Origin: Escherichia phage nepoznato
Direction: 5' to 3' (one strand)
DNA: 64,000 nt
Sequence record: NC_052658.1
In this document: one piece after another, positions 38,121 through 46,587 of the stretch
Position numbering within the stretch: the stretch's first letter is position 1
How the letters are laid out: each line of letters opens with the position of its first letter
Position numbers and translations under genes: made by a program
Notes under the pieces: generated by a model
Databases searched by the model: none
Seen by the model: the letters and a program-made list of their open reading frames with translations, nothing else
What the model was told of the DNA's origin: nothing

Positions 38121-38723
38121 ATGACTGATAAAATTTCCCTGAAAAAAGGCTCTAGCGAAAAAATTTCCCTGAAGAAAGTTGCTCCGGCTCTGAAAGAACT
38201 GCGCCTGGAATTCTCTTGGAAATCTGATTCTAAACTGGATCTGGATGTAAGTGCACTGGTTTGTCGTCACAATGCCGCTGGCAATCCTGAAATGCTGTCT
38301 GCACGTCACCTGGTTTGCTATGCTAACAAGTTTGATCCTGAACGTTCTACCTTCGCTGGTGACGATGTTCGTGATGGAACTGGCAGCATGGAGCAGATTG
38401 ATATTACTCTGGCTAAAATCTCTCCTGATGCACAAGAGATTGCCTTTGTTCTGACCATTGATGATGATACAGGTCTGAAACGTTTTGGTCATGCTTCTGA
38501 AGGTATGCTTAAAATCTTTGACTCCGAGCGCAATGTGGAAATTCTGGATTTTGACTTCCTGGCTCCTGAAGTAGCTGGCAACACAATCTGCCACGTGGCT
38601 TCCTTGGTTCGTGAAGATGGGGAATGGAAGCTGAAAGCATATGGTGTAGGTAAAGCTGGTCTGGATATTTGTGATGTGGTCATGGCCTTCGGTGGTAAAA
38701 AAGAATGGTATGAATGTCCATAA
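38121..38723 (+). CDS. terD: TerD-family protein
   Basis: Repeated KISLKK N-terminus; GEWKLKAYGVGKAGLD as in E. coli TerD GEWKFRAVGQGYAGGL. Confidence 0.85.
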   Translation: MTDKISLKKGSSEKISLKKVAPALKELRLEFSWKSDSKLDLDVSALVCRHNAAGNPEMLSARHLVCYANKFDPERSTFAGDDVRDGTGSMEQIDITLAKISPDAQEIAFVLTIDDDTGLKRFGHASEGMLKIFDSERNVEILDFDFLAPEVAGNTICHVASLVREDGEWKLKAYGVGKAGLDICDVVMAFGGKKEWYECP

Positions 38724-38741
38724 TAATTAACAAATGATTTT

Positions 38742-38761
38742 GAGGGGGAGAAATCCCCCTC
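38742..38761 (+). terminator. Hairpin GAGGGGGA-GAAA-TCCCCCTC after terD
   Basis: Direct reading; T-run weak. Confidence 0.45.
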
Positions 38762-38790
38762 TTGCAATAAAGCCTCTATCGTGTTATACT
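38762..38790 (+). promoter_or_regulatory. Promoter TTGCAA-N17-TATACT with TG extension
   Basis: Direct reading. Confidence 0.5.
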
Positions 38791-38822
38791 AGAAATTCGT
38801 TAACTTAAAAAGGAGGCAAAAT

Positions 38823-39344
38823 TTGCTGATAAAAAACTTTGTAACAGTTGCGTTACTATCCTTAACTGCTTTTACATTTACACCTGTTGTGGCGAAAGCC
38901 GAAGCTGCAAACGTAAAAACCGCTAAAGTAGTTCACAAATGTACAAAGCAATATAATGATAAAATTCTATTAGCTTGTGCAATTTACGCAGAAGGTCGCG
39001 GTCTGGGTAAAAAAGGAATGAATGCCGTTGGGAATGTGGTAATCAACAGAAGAAATGATACCTACTTCCCTAACACAGTCAGAGGAGTCTTGTTCCAGAA
39101 AGGACAATTCTCATATGCGAAAACTTTTAACGTAACAGAGAAAGATAAGTGGCAGGAAGCAAAAGCAATAGCGGAGCGTTTACTTTATCTAGAGAAACAT
39201 TTTCCTGAATTGCGGTCTGTTTTAGATGTTACTAAAGGTGCTCTATACTTCAAGAAACGGAATATAAAGACACACTGGGAACGTGATATGCGTCTTGTTT
39301 ATCGAGATAAAGTGCATGGTTTCTATCTACCAAAGGGGAGTTAA
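38823..39344 (+). CDS. Secreted SleB-like (Hydrolase_2) cell wall hydrolase; TTG start
   Basis: Signal peptide; block CAIYAEGRG...VGNVVINRR...FPNTV...VLFQKGQF. Confidence 0.65.
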   Translation: MLIKNFVTVALLSLTAFTFTPVVAKAEAANVKTAKVVHKCTKQYNDKILLACAIYAEGRGLGKKGMNAVGNVVINRRNDTYFPNTVRGVLFQKGQFSYAKTFNVTEKDKWQEAKAIAERLLYLEKHFPELRSVLDVTKGALYFKKRNIKTHWERDMRLVYRDKVHGFYLPKGS

Positions 39345-39345
39345 A

Positions 39346-39630
39346 ATGCAAGAAGATAATACTGTTGTTGTAGCAAGTTACCTGGTTGTCGGTCTTACCG
39401 AAGAGGATGTATACTACACCCGTAAGCATTTAGAAGCATACGCTACTTTGTTTATGGAAGATGAAAAGGATGTAGATAAATATAGCATTGATATGATCAA
39501 CGACAGTATTTATCCTTGTATGGTTCTTAAAGTAGATGCTGTGTTGTGGGAGCGTTTTGCAAGGACTCATGATGCTGTAGAATGCTCCGCAGTAATGTCT
39601 CAAAACAACATTTTAGGGGAGATTCATTGA
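39346..39630 (+). CDS. Hypothetical protein (about 94 aa)
   Basis: RBS AAGGGGAG. Confidence 0.5.
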   Translation: MQEDNTVVVASYLVVGLTEEDVYYTRKHLEAYATLFMEDEKDVDKYSIDMINDSIYPCMVLKVDAVLWERFARTHDAVECSAVMSQNNILGEIH

Positions 39631-39860
39631 TGGGAGAAGTCATTGAAGTCAATTTTCGCACTAAACAGAAAGTGCAAAAATATGTCGTTATTAAAAACAT
39701 TTGCGTTGTCTGCTTCAATACAGTAATATACGACTCACGACGCGGAGAAAACGAAAATGAACCTTACATTGAAATTTCTAAGAACAAAGGTCAATGTATT
39801 TGTAAGAACTGTGCAGTAGCTATTAAGGAGGTTGTAAATGAAAACGCTTGGGACCAATGA
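39630..39860 (+). CDS. Small zinc-ribbon protein (about 76 aa)
   Basis: CxxC...CxxC; TGATG overlap. Confidence 0.5.
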   Translation: MGEVIEVNFRTKQKVQKYVVIKNICVVCFNTVIYDSRRGENENEPYIEISKNKGQCICKNCAVAIKEVVNENAWDQ

Positions 39861-40029
39861 AACTGGCGAAATCTCTCTTCAAGAAGTGACAAACGACAAA
39901 CTGATTAAGCTACGAGACGTAGCTCGTGACCATCTTCAAGAATCTTTTAAAGAATACATGGAAGCACGAGATCGTGTCATCCAAATCCAACAGGAAATGA
40001 TTAAACGTGGGATTGTAGCCGACAGTTAA
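39838..40029 (+). CDS. Hypothetical protein (63 aa)
   Basis: ORF. Confidence 0.5.
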   Translation: MKTLGTNETGEISLQEVTNDKLIKLRDVARDHLQESFKEYMEARDRVIQIQQEMIKRGIVADS

Positions 40030-40045
40030 TATAACGGAGGGGAGA

Positions 40046-40609
40046 ATGATTTATTATATTACTCCCTATCTGACAGGAAATATCGGCAAGGCTATCAATG
40101 AAGCCATTGCCGTTCTTCCAGATGATAGTTGGGTGTGTTTAAGAGATACCGATACAATGTTCCTCCTACCTGATCAACCATCTATGCTTGAAGAGCTTGT
40201 TATGTCAAACCCGCCTTTTGATGTAATAGGTGCAACTTGTAACAGGTTAGGCAGTGGTTATCAACTTTTCTCTAACCAAATTAACGATGATCCAGATATT
40301 CTAAACCATATAGAATATGCTAAGATTGCAAGAGAATATCATAAAGTGAGTGTTGAAGAAGTTCCTTTCGGAACACCTCTAGCAGGTTTCTTTTTGCTTT
40401 TTAGAAAATCCTTGTGGAATGAAATTCCTTTCGAAGAAAAATCTATCCAATTCGACTTAATTTTCTCTCGCACTTTACATGAAAAAGGAAAGAGGTTAGG
40501 ATTGATGCGGGGAATGTATCTATTTCACATTTACAGATTAGGTCAAACAAATCCTCAACGGTCTATACATCATTTATTACACTGTCACGATCACAGTAAA
40601 ACTATTTAG
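40046..40609 (+). CDS. Putative nucleotide-sugar transferase (GT-A-like)
   Basis: DxD-like LRDTDTMF; weak. Confidence 0.35.
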   Translation: MIYYITPYLTGNIGKAINEAIAVLPDDSWVCLRDTDTMFLLPDQPSMLEELVMSNPPFDVIGATCNRLGSGYQLFSNQINDDPDILNHIEYAKIAREYHKVSVEEVPFGTPLAGFFLLFRKSLWNEIPFEEKSIQFDLIFSRTLHEKGKRLGLMRGMYLFHIYRLGQTNPQRSIHHLLHCHDHSKTI

Positions 40610-40617
40610 GAGAGAAA

Positions 40618-41301
40618 ATGGAAAATATTAAAATCGGAGTGGGTGTTATCACTGTAGGTGTCCGTCCACTTAAAGACTACCTTGTAACAGATCCACGTGC
40701 AGATTTTCGAGTATTCAACGATCCAGACCGTAAAGGTGTAGCTTATGCCAGGAATGAACTTATGCACCAGTTTTATGAAGAAGGTTATGATTATTGGTTT
40801 ATTTTTGACGACGATTGTTACCCAGTCATGGAAGGATGGGAAACATACTTTGTAGATCAAGCTGTTTCTGGAGGATGGGATTTCTTTGGTATGCCGGAGT
40901 ACTTCAAAGATAAAGTTGTTGGAAGCAAAGGAGAAGTTATTCTCTGGGAACTTGCAATGTGTCAATTTGCAATGTATTCTCGTGCCGTTGTTGAAAAGAT
41001 GGGTTATTTCCGCCCTTACACTCACGGTTATGGTTTTGAAGATGCCGAATGGGGACACCGTTTGAAAGCTGCTGGTTTGAATCATGGTATTCAGGCAACA
41101 CCTTGTCCACTTCGTATCATGGCTTATATCCACCCAGACGATGTTTTTGGAAACAATCCTATGCCTTTTGCTAATCTGACAAAAGAAGAGAAAGAAGCTG
41201 CTATCGAGATTAACTGGGAAGAATATAAAGCATCTTTAGAGGATATTAAAAATGGGAAAATCCGAATTTCCTATGAGGAGGCACTAGCACATGTCAAATA
41301 A
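40618..41301 (+). CDS. Family 2-like glycosyltransferase
   Basis: N-terminal Rossmann-like segment and DDD motif. Confidence 0.5.
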   Translation: MENIKIGVGVITVGVRPLKDYLVTDPRADFRVFNDPDRKGVAYARNELMHQFYEEGYDYWFIFDDDCYPVMEGWETYFVDQAVSGGWDFFGMPEYFKDKVVGSKGEVILWELAMCQFAMYSRAVVEKMGYFRPYTHGYGFEDAEWGHRLKAAGLNHGIQATPCPLRIMAYIHPDDVFGNNPMPFANLTKEEKEAAIEINWEEYKASLEDIKNGKIRISYEEALAHVK

Positions 41302-42238
41302 AAAATGGTCTAAACTAAAAATTGATGCAAAACCTCACAGCGGTTGTGACTATCATCGTATTGTTATGCCATTTAACAACAATAATATTCAACCTAAGAA
41401 AGATGTTGTTGTGTTTAACCGTATCCATTCTAAAGGTGCAGAATACGTTTTATCTTTGAAACGTCAAGGTGTTAAGATTGTTGTAGATTTAGATGATTTC
41501 TACCAACTTAATCCAGAACATTATTTAGCAAGTCTATACGAGTCAAACACTCATGCTATTGTAGCTATGGTTAAGCTTGCTGATGTGGTTATTGTGACTA
41601 CGGAATATTTGGCATATAAGATCCGTCACTTAAATAGGAATGTTGTTGTGATCCGAAATGCGCTTCCTTTTGATAGCGGACAATTTACTTTGTCAAATGA
41701 CCGTTCATCCGGTACCCCTATTGTATGGGCTGGAGGTGCTAGTCACGAACCCGATTTACGACTAGTCTCTAACACTTTTGATGATGAACTTCTTACTATT
41801 GCGGGGTATGAAGCTTCGCAGAGTATCACAGGGCAAGAGTGGATTAAAATCCGTAGAAATTTACCAAATGCCAAATATAAAGCTGCTGTAAAAGATTTAG
41901 ATAATTACATGAGTGTTTACGAAAGTCATGCTATTGCTATAGCTCCTTTGGTAGATAATGATTTTAATAATTGTAAAAGTAATCTCAAAATCCTTGAAGC
42001 TGGGGCAAAAGGTATTCCGATTGTTTGTTCTAAGGTATTACCTTATTTTAACCCTGTAGATGCTCGCGCTGTTGCTTACGCAGAGAATAAAGCTGAATGG
42101 CATTACGAAATTGTTAAGCTTCTTCGCAATCCGAACTATCGGGAAGATCGCGGCTTGTTCTTAGCGGAACATGTTCGAACACATTATAATCTGGCAGATG
42201 CAAACGAATTGCGACGCCAGGTTATTGAAAGCTTGTAG
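41291..42238 (+). CDS. GT-B-like glycosyltransferase, paralog A
   Basis: Paralogy with next gene; low-specificity fold guess. Confidence 0.4.
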   Translation: MSNKKWSKLKIDAKPHSGCDYHRIVMPFNNNNIQPKKDVVVFNRIHSKGAEYVLSLKRQGVKIVVDLDDFYQLNPEHYLASLYESNTHAIVAMVKLADVVIVTTEYLAYKIRHLNRNVVVIRNALPFDSGQFTLSNDRSSGTPIVWAGGASHEPDLRLVSNTFDDELLTIAGYEASQSITGQEWIKIRRNLPNAKYKAAVKDLDNYMSVYESHAIAIAPLVDNDFNNCKSNLKILEAGAKGIPIVCSKVLPYFNPVDARAVAYAENKAEWHYEIVKLLRNPNYREDRGLFLAEHVRTHYNLADANELRRQVIESL

Positions 42239-42245
42239 GTGAAGT

Positions 42246-43190
42246 ATGGGACAAATAATTCTTGACAATCGTAACGGAATCAATTATAGTGTCTGCGATT
42301 TCCATAGGGTAGTGCTGCCTTACTCAAGGCAGTTCTCTTCACAACCTAAACACAACGTTTTCGTTTTTAACGGAGTGCCAACAAAAGGTAAAGAGGGCTT
42401 TTTAGCCCTTAAAAACCTAGGCTTTAAAATGGTTATGGATTTGGATGACTCTTTAGTTATTCCAAAAGGACACATGTTAGAAGGTATTTTTGAATCAGGT
42501 ATTCGTGAACATTTAAAATGGTTTTTAGAGCACAGTGATCTTGTTACAACTACGACACCTGTCTTGCAAGTTGAACTTTCACAATATAATGATAATGTGC
42601 ACATAATCCCTAATGGACTTCCTTACGATGAAGGTCAATTTGTGTTGACCCGTGATCGCTACTCCAAAACTCCATTAGTCTGGGCTGGAAGTGAAACACA
42701 TAAACAAGATTTGGCTATCTTACCCGATTTTGGTAAAGATCTTACAATATGTGGTTTTCGTAGGGATTCTGAAGTTTTAAGTAGTCGTGAATGGTCTTTA
42801 ATCAGAGAAAATGTAGCACCAACTTGTGTTTATGAAGGTGTAAGACCATATGCCAACTACATGGAATCTTACGATGGTCATCAAATCAGTCTTGCACCAT
42901 TGATCGATAACGTGTTTAATAATGCAAAAAGCAATCTTAAAATTCTTGAGGCAGGTGCTAAGGGTTTACCTTTAATCTGCTCTCCTCGTGAGAATTATCA
43001 TACACAAGAGTTTAAAGATTTGTTATTCTTTGCTGAAACACCTTCCGAGTGGAAAGATATTACGGAATACTTATTAAGTGCTCCCGATGTTTGCATGGAG
43101 AAAGGATTAGCATTAGCTAAGTATGTCAGGACTCATTATCACATTGATGTGTTGAATGAGCGTCGTAGACTTTTATTTGAGGAGCTATAA
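42246..43190 (+). CDS. GT-B-like glycosyltransferase, paralog B
   Basis: Shared blocks VWAG...H..DL and NN-KSNLKILEAGAKG-P. Confidence 0.4.
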   Translation: MGQIILDNRNGINYSVCDFHRVVLPYSRQFSSQPKHNVFVFNGVPTKGKEGFLALKNLGFKMVMDLDDSLVIPKGHMLEGIFESGIREHLKWFLEHSDLVTTTTPVLQVELSQYNDNVHIIPNGLPYDEGQFVLTRDRYSKTPLVWAGSETHKQDLAILPDFGKDLTICGFRRDSEVLSSREWSLIRENVAPTCVYEGVRPYANYMESYDGHQISLAPLIDNVFNNAKSNLKILEAGAKGLPLICSPRENYHTQEFKDLLFFAETPSEWKDITEYLLSAPDVCMEKGLALAKYVRTHYHIDVLNERRRLLFEEL

Positions 43191-43468
43191 TGATTAACAC
43201 TTTTGATTTTGAATACACCACTCGTAACGGGAAAGCCTTGGTCGTGGAGGTGGATTACTATTATGAAGAACCTAATCCACTTTCTCGTGAAAGCGATTGG
43301 GATTACCACGGAGGGCTTTTAATTGACGGTATTCGTTTTTATGAAGGATCTACAGAAGTTTTTGAAAAAGATTTAAATGTAACTGTAGCAGAAATTGCTT
43401 TCCAATTTAGAAAGCACATGGAAGAACTAGAAGCAGAATATATGATGGAGACTAACGAACCATTTTAA
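43190..43468 (+). CDS. Hypothetical protein (92 aa)
   Basis: ORF. Confidence 0.55.
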   Translation: MINTFDFEYTTRNGKALVVEVDYYYEEPNPLSRESDWDYHGGLLIDGIRFYEGSTEVFEKDLNVTVAEIAFQFRKHMEELEAEYMMETNEPF

Positions 43469-43480
43469 CAGGAGAACAAA

Positions 43481-45259
43481 GTGTCGCACATTATAACTAA
43501 ATATGGATTTGATGTTGATCTTAGCAAGGAAGGACATACAGGTTGTCCGCGCTGCATGAAAAATGGCAAGGATCGCTCTCGTAATAACCTGATGGTTTAC
43601 GGATTAGATTCTAATGGAGAGCATAAAGGTGCTAAGTGCTTTGCGTGTGAATACACTATTCCTAGCGTAGAATGGTTACGAGAAAATGGTGAAGTTTTAG
43701 AAGAAGAGGAGGAGATTGTGGGTTCGGAATTTAATAAACAGATTCATCGTAAAATTGTTCAAGAAACATCAACCAACCCACGTGGTTATCGAGGCATTAA
43801 AGAAAAAGTTTCATCTTTCTATGGTGTTCGTTATGAATACCGTCAGGAAGGGGATCAGATGGTAGTAGAAAGTTGTTTATATCCAACTACCATCGGTAAA
43901 GAATTGGTTGGTTTTAAGCGTCGTATTCATCCTAAAGATTTCAGTAAACCTATTGGTCAAGTAGGTAAAGATGTAGATCTTTTTGGACAAATTCGTTTTG
44001 CAGACCGTTCTCATACTGTTGTAATTACAGGTGGTGAACACGATGCTCTGGCAGCTTATCAAATGCTATCTGAAAACTTGGACAGTAAATATGAGCTTCC
44101 AGCCGTAGTAAGTGGCACAACTGGTGAAACCAGTATGTATAAACAAGTTCAGGCACAATATCCTTTCTTTGAAAAATTTAAGAAGATTATTGTTTGCATG
44201 GATAACGACAAAGCAGGTAACGAGGCATTTGAAAATATTGTTAAGGTGCTGCCTCGTAACAAAGTCTACCGTATGCAGATGGATCTTAAGGATGCCAATC
44301 AGTATCTGGAAGAAGGTCGTGCAAAAGATTTCGTAAAAGCTTTTTGGAGTGCTCGTCTATACACCCCAGCAGGTGTTTATGCTTCTAATGTCTTGTATGA
44401 AGCTGCATTGGAATGCTTGGAATCCAAGATGATTACCTTGCCTCCTTTTATGCGTGTTGCTGCAAATATGTTGGGTGGTGGTTTAGTAGAGGAAGAGATT
44501 ACAGTCATCCTGGCAAAGACCAGTATCGGTAAAACTTTGATGGTGAACGAGATCACCAAACATATTATTGTTGCACACCCAGAACATACCCTAGGTATTC
44601 TGTCCTTGGAAGCAACTTATAAAAAGTATTCTCGTAACCTGTTATCCTCTTTCCTACACATTCCTCTACACAGGAAAACACCAGAAGAGAAATTTCAAAT
44701 CTTGGAAGAGAATAAAGAAAAAATCCTAGATTTTTACGAAAGAGAAGATGGATCACCACGTTTTTATGTGTGTGATGATCGTGGAGCAGATGTGGAGTCT
44801 ATCAAAGAAAAAGTTTTGGAGATGATCATCTATTTTGGAGTAACAATTCTTGTTATCGACCCTTATTCTGATTTGCTTTCTGGTATGGATGTTCAAGCCC
44901 AGGAAGAGTTAGCAACATGGTTGAAGCGAATCATGAAAGAGTATGCTATAACTATTATCGTCATCTCACACGTTAAGAAGTCAGCTAACGGTGGCAATGA
45001 GCACTTAACAGAGGACGATGCAATGGGTAGTAGTTTCTTGGCTAAAGGTGCTGGTATTACCTTGGCTTTGGAACGAGATAAGGCTGCTGAAGATCCTGTA
45101 GAACGTAATACAACTCATTGCTTTATCCTAAAAAACCGTGAGTTCTCGGAGACTGGTCCAGCAGGGCAGTTTTACTATGACATTAGAACTGCAACTCTTC
45201 ACGACAAAGAGCAGTATTTTAACAACCCTGCTAACTTACCTACGGATAGCAACTACTAA
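43481..45259 (+). CDS. Bifunctional DNA primase-helicase (T7 gp4-like)
   Basis: N-terminal Cys4 zinc site, TOPRIM motifs GGEHD and DNDKAG, Walker A AKTSIGKT. Confidence 0.8.
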   Translation: MSHIITKYGFDVDLSKEGHTGCPRCMKNGKDRSRNNLMVYGLDSNGEHKGAKCFACEYTIPSVEWLRENGEVLEEEEEIVGSEFNKQIHRKIVQETSTNPRGYRGIKEKVSSFYGVRYEYRQEGDQMVVESCLYPTTIGKELVGFKRRIHPKDFSKPIGQVGKDVDLFGQIRFADRSHTVVITGGEHDALAAYQMLSENLDSKYELPAVVSGTTGETSMYKQVQAQYPFFEKFKKIIVCMDNDKAGNEAFENIVKVLPRNKVYRMQMDLKDANQYLEEGRAKDFVKAFWSARLYTPAGVYASNVLYEAALECLESKMITLPPFMRVAANMLGGGLVEEEITVILAKTSIGKTLMVNEITKHIIVAHPEHTLGILSLEATYKKYSRNLLSSFLHIPLHRKTPEEKFQILEENKEKILDFYEREDGSPRFYVCDDRGADVESIKEKVLEMIIYFGVTILVIDPYSDLLSGMDVQAQEELATWLKRIMKEYAITIIVISHVKKSANGGNEHLTEDDAMGSSFLAKGAGITLALERDKAAEDPVERNTTHCFILKNREFSETGPAGQFYYDIRTATLHDKEQYFNNPANLPTDSNY

Positions 45260-45280
45260 GGGCTTCGGCCCTTTTATTAA
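45258..45280 (+). terminator. Rho-independent terminator AAGGGC-TTCG-GCCCTT + T-run
   Basis: Direct reading. Confidence 0.7.
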
Positions 45281-45289
45281 AAATACCTG

Positions 45290-45318
45290 TTGACAACTTT
45301 GCGGAAGGGACTTATACT
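45290..45318 (+). promoter_or_regulatory. Promoter TTGACA-N17-TATACT
   Basis: Direct reading. Confidence 0.6.
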
Positions 45319-45351
45319 TGTCTCATCAACCAAACAAGAGGAGAAGTAAAA

Positions 45352-45783
45352 ATGCGTATGACAATCGATCTGAATGCAAAAGTTAAAGCTGCTGGTGCTC
45401 TAGGTGCTGGTGTTATTAAACACAAACAAGCGTTGGCATTTGCCATCCCACACATGATTGTTGAGGATCATCCTGAAGAGTTTGCTGTAAAAGTTGTTGA
45501 GAACAATGTCTCTGTTATTGAGTATATCCCAACTGGACGTTCTTACCGTGTTGTTTCTTCTAAAGGTTTCCGTTTCGATGTAAGCCCTTCTTTCACAAAA
45601 GGTGCTGGTCGTAGTAAAGTGGGTATTCTTTCTTACAAATATTATATCGATAAAGTTGCAGATGGTGTTGCATTCTGTCGTGTAAGTGAAGGTAAAGTAG
45701 ATATCATCTTTAAAAATACCAAAAACATGGTTATTTCTGATGATGGTAAAGTTGACCTCACTATTGAGTTCGCTAACAACTAA
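45352..45783 (+). CDS. Hypothetical protein (143 aa)
   Basis: RBS GAGGAGAAG. Confidence 0.55.
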   Translation: MRMTIDLNAKVKAAGALGAGVIKHKQALAFAIPHMIVEDHPEEFAVKVVENNVSVIEYIPTGRSYRVVSSKGFRFDVSPSFTKGAGRSKVGILSYKYYIDKVADGVAFCRVSEGKVDIIFKNTKNMVISDDGKVDLTIEFANN

Positions 45784-45792
45784 GGAGGACTA

Positions 45793-46587
45793 TTGAGCAA
45801 GTTGAACACACTTGATCAATATTACACTAACCCCGCTTATGCGGGGTTCTTATGTGATAAGATCAAAGAAATTTTTGGAGAGGAAGCTAACTACGTAGAA
45901 CCATCTGCGGGAGAAGGGGCTTTCTCTTCTTGTTTTAAAAACATAACTTCTTTTGATATTGACCCTAAGTTTGAAGATTGTATTGAGGCAGATTTTTTAG
46001 CTCAATCTGTTGAGTCTGTTGGCAGTGTAACTGCTTTTGTCGGTAATCCTCCGTTTGGAAAAAATGCTAGTCTTGCCATTAAGTTCTTTAACCATTGTGC
46101 TGAAATGTTGGATAACGAAGGTGGTATTTGTTTTATCTTGCCTCGCACATTTCAAAAAATCTTTTTTGCACACAAACTAAATCCCCACATGCATCTTCTT
46201 TACGAAGAAGAATGTCCAAAAGGATCTTTTATTCTTCATGGAGAACCTTGGGATGTTCCTTGTGTATTCCAGATATGGATTAAACGCAACGAGAAGCGTT
46301 CTCCCGTTGTTTTAGGAGAAAATCGACTATTCGTATTAGGCAACAGTAAAGACTACGACATAGCCGTTAGGAGAGCGGGAGCAAGTGCAGGTAAAGTGTT
46401 ATCAGAAGAGGATTCTTTATCTGAAGCATCTACCTATTTTTTAAAAGCCTTGACTTCTGATCTTAAAACGCGTATCATTGAGGCTTACCCGTTACTTAAA
46501 GCTGAAGCTAGTAAAACTGCGGGAGTAAGAAGTTTAAGTTTAAAAGAACTTCAGTGGGTTCTGGAGAACATTAGAAAGGAGGAATAG
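45793..46587 (+). CDS. DNA N6-adenine (amino) methyltransferase
   Basis: AdoMet motif EPSAGEGAF; catalytic GNPPFG. Confidence 0.7.
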   Translation: MSKLNTLDQYYTNPAYAGFLCDKIKEIFGEEANYVEPSAGEGAFSSCFKNITSFDIDPKFEDCIEADFLAQSVESVGSVTAFVGNPPFGKNASLAIKFFNHCAEMLDNEGGICFILPRTFQKIFFAHKLNPHMHLLYEEECPKGSFILHGEPWDVPCVFQIWIKRNEKRSPVVLGENRLFVLGNSKDYDIAVRRAGASAGKVLSEEDSLSEASTYFLKALTSDLKTRIIEAYPLLKAEASKTAGVRSLSLKELQWVLENIRKEE

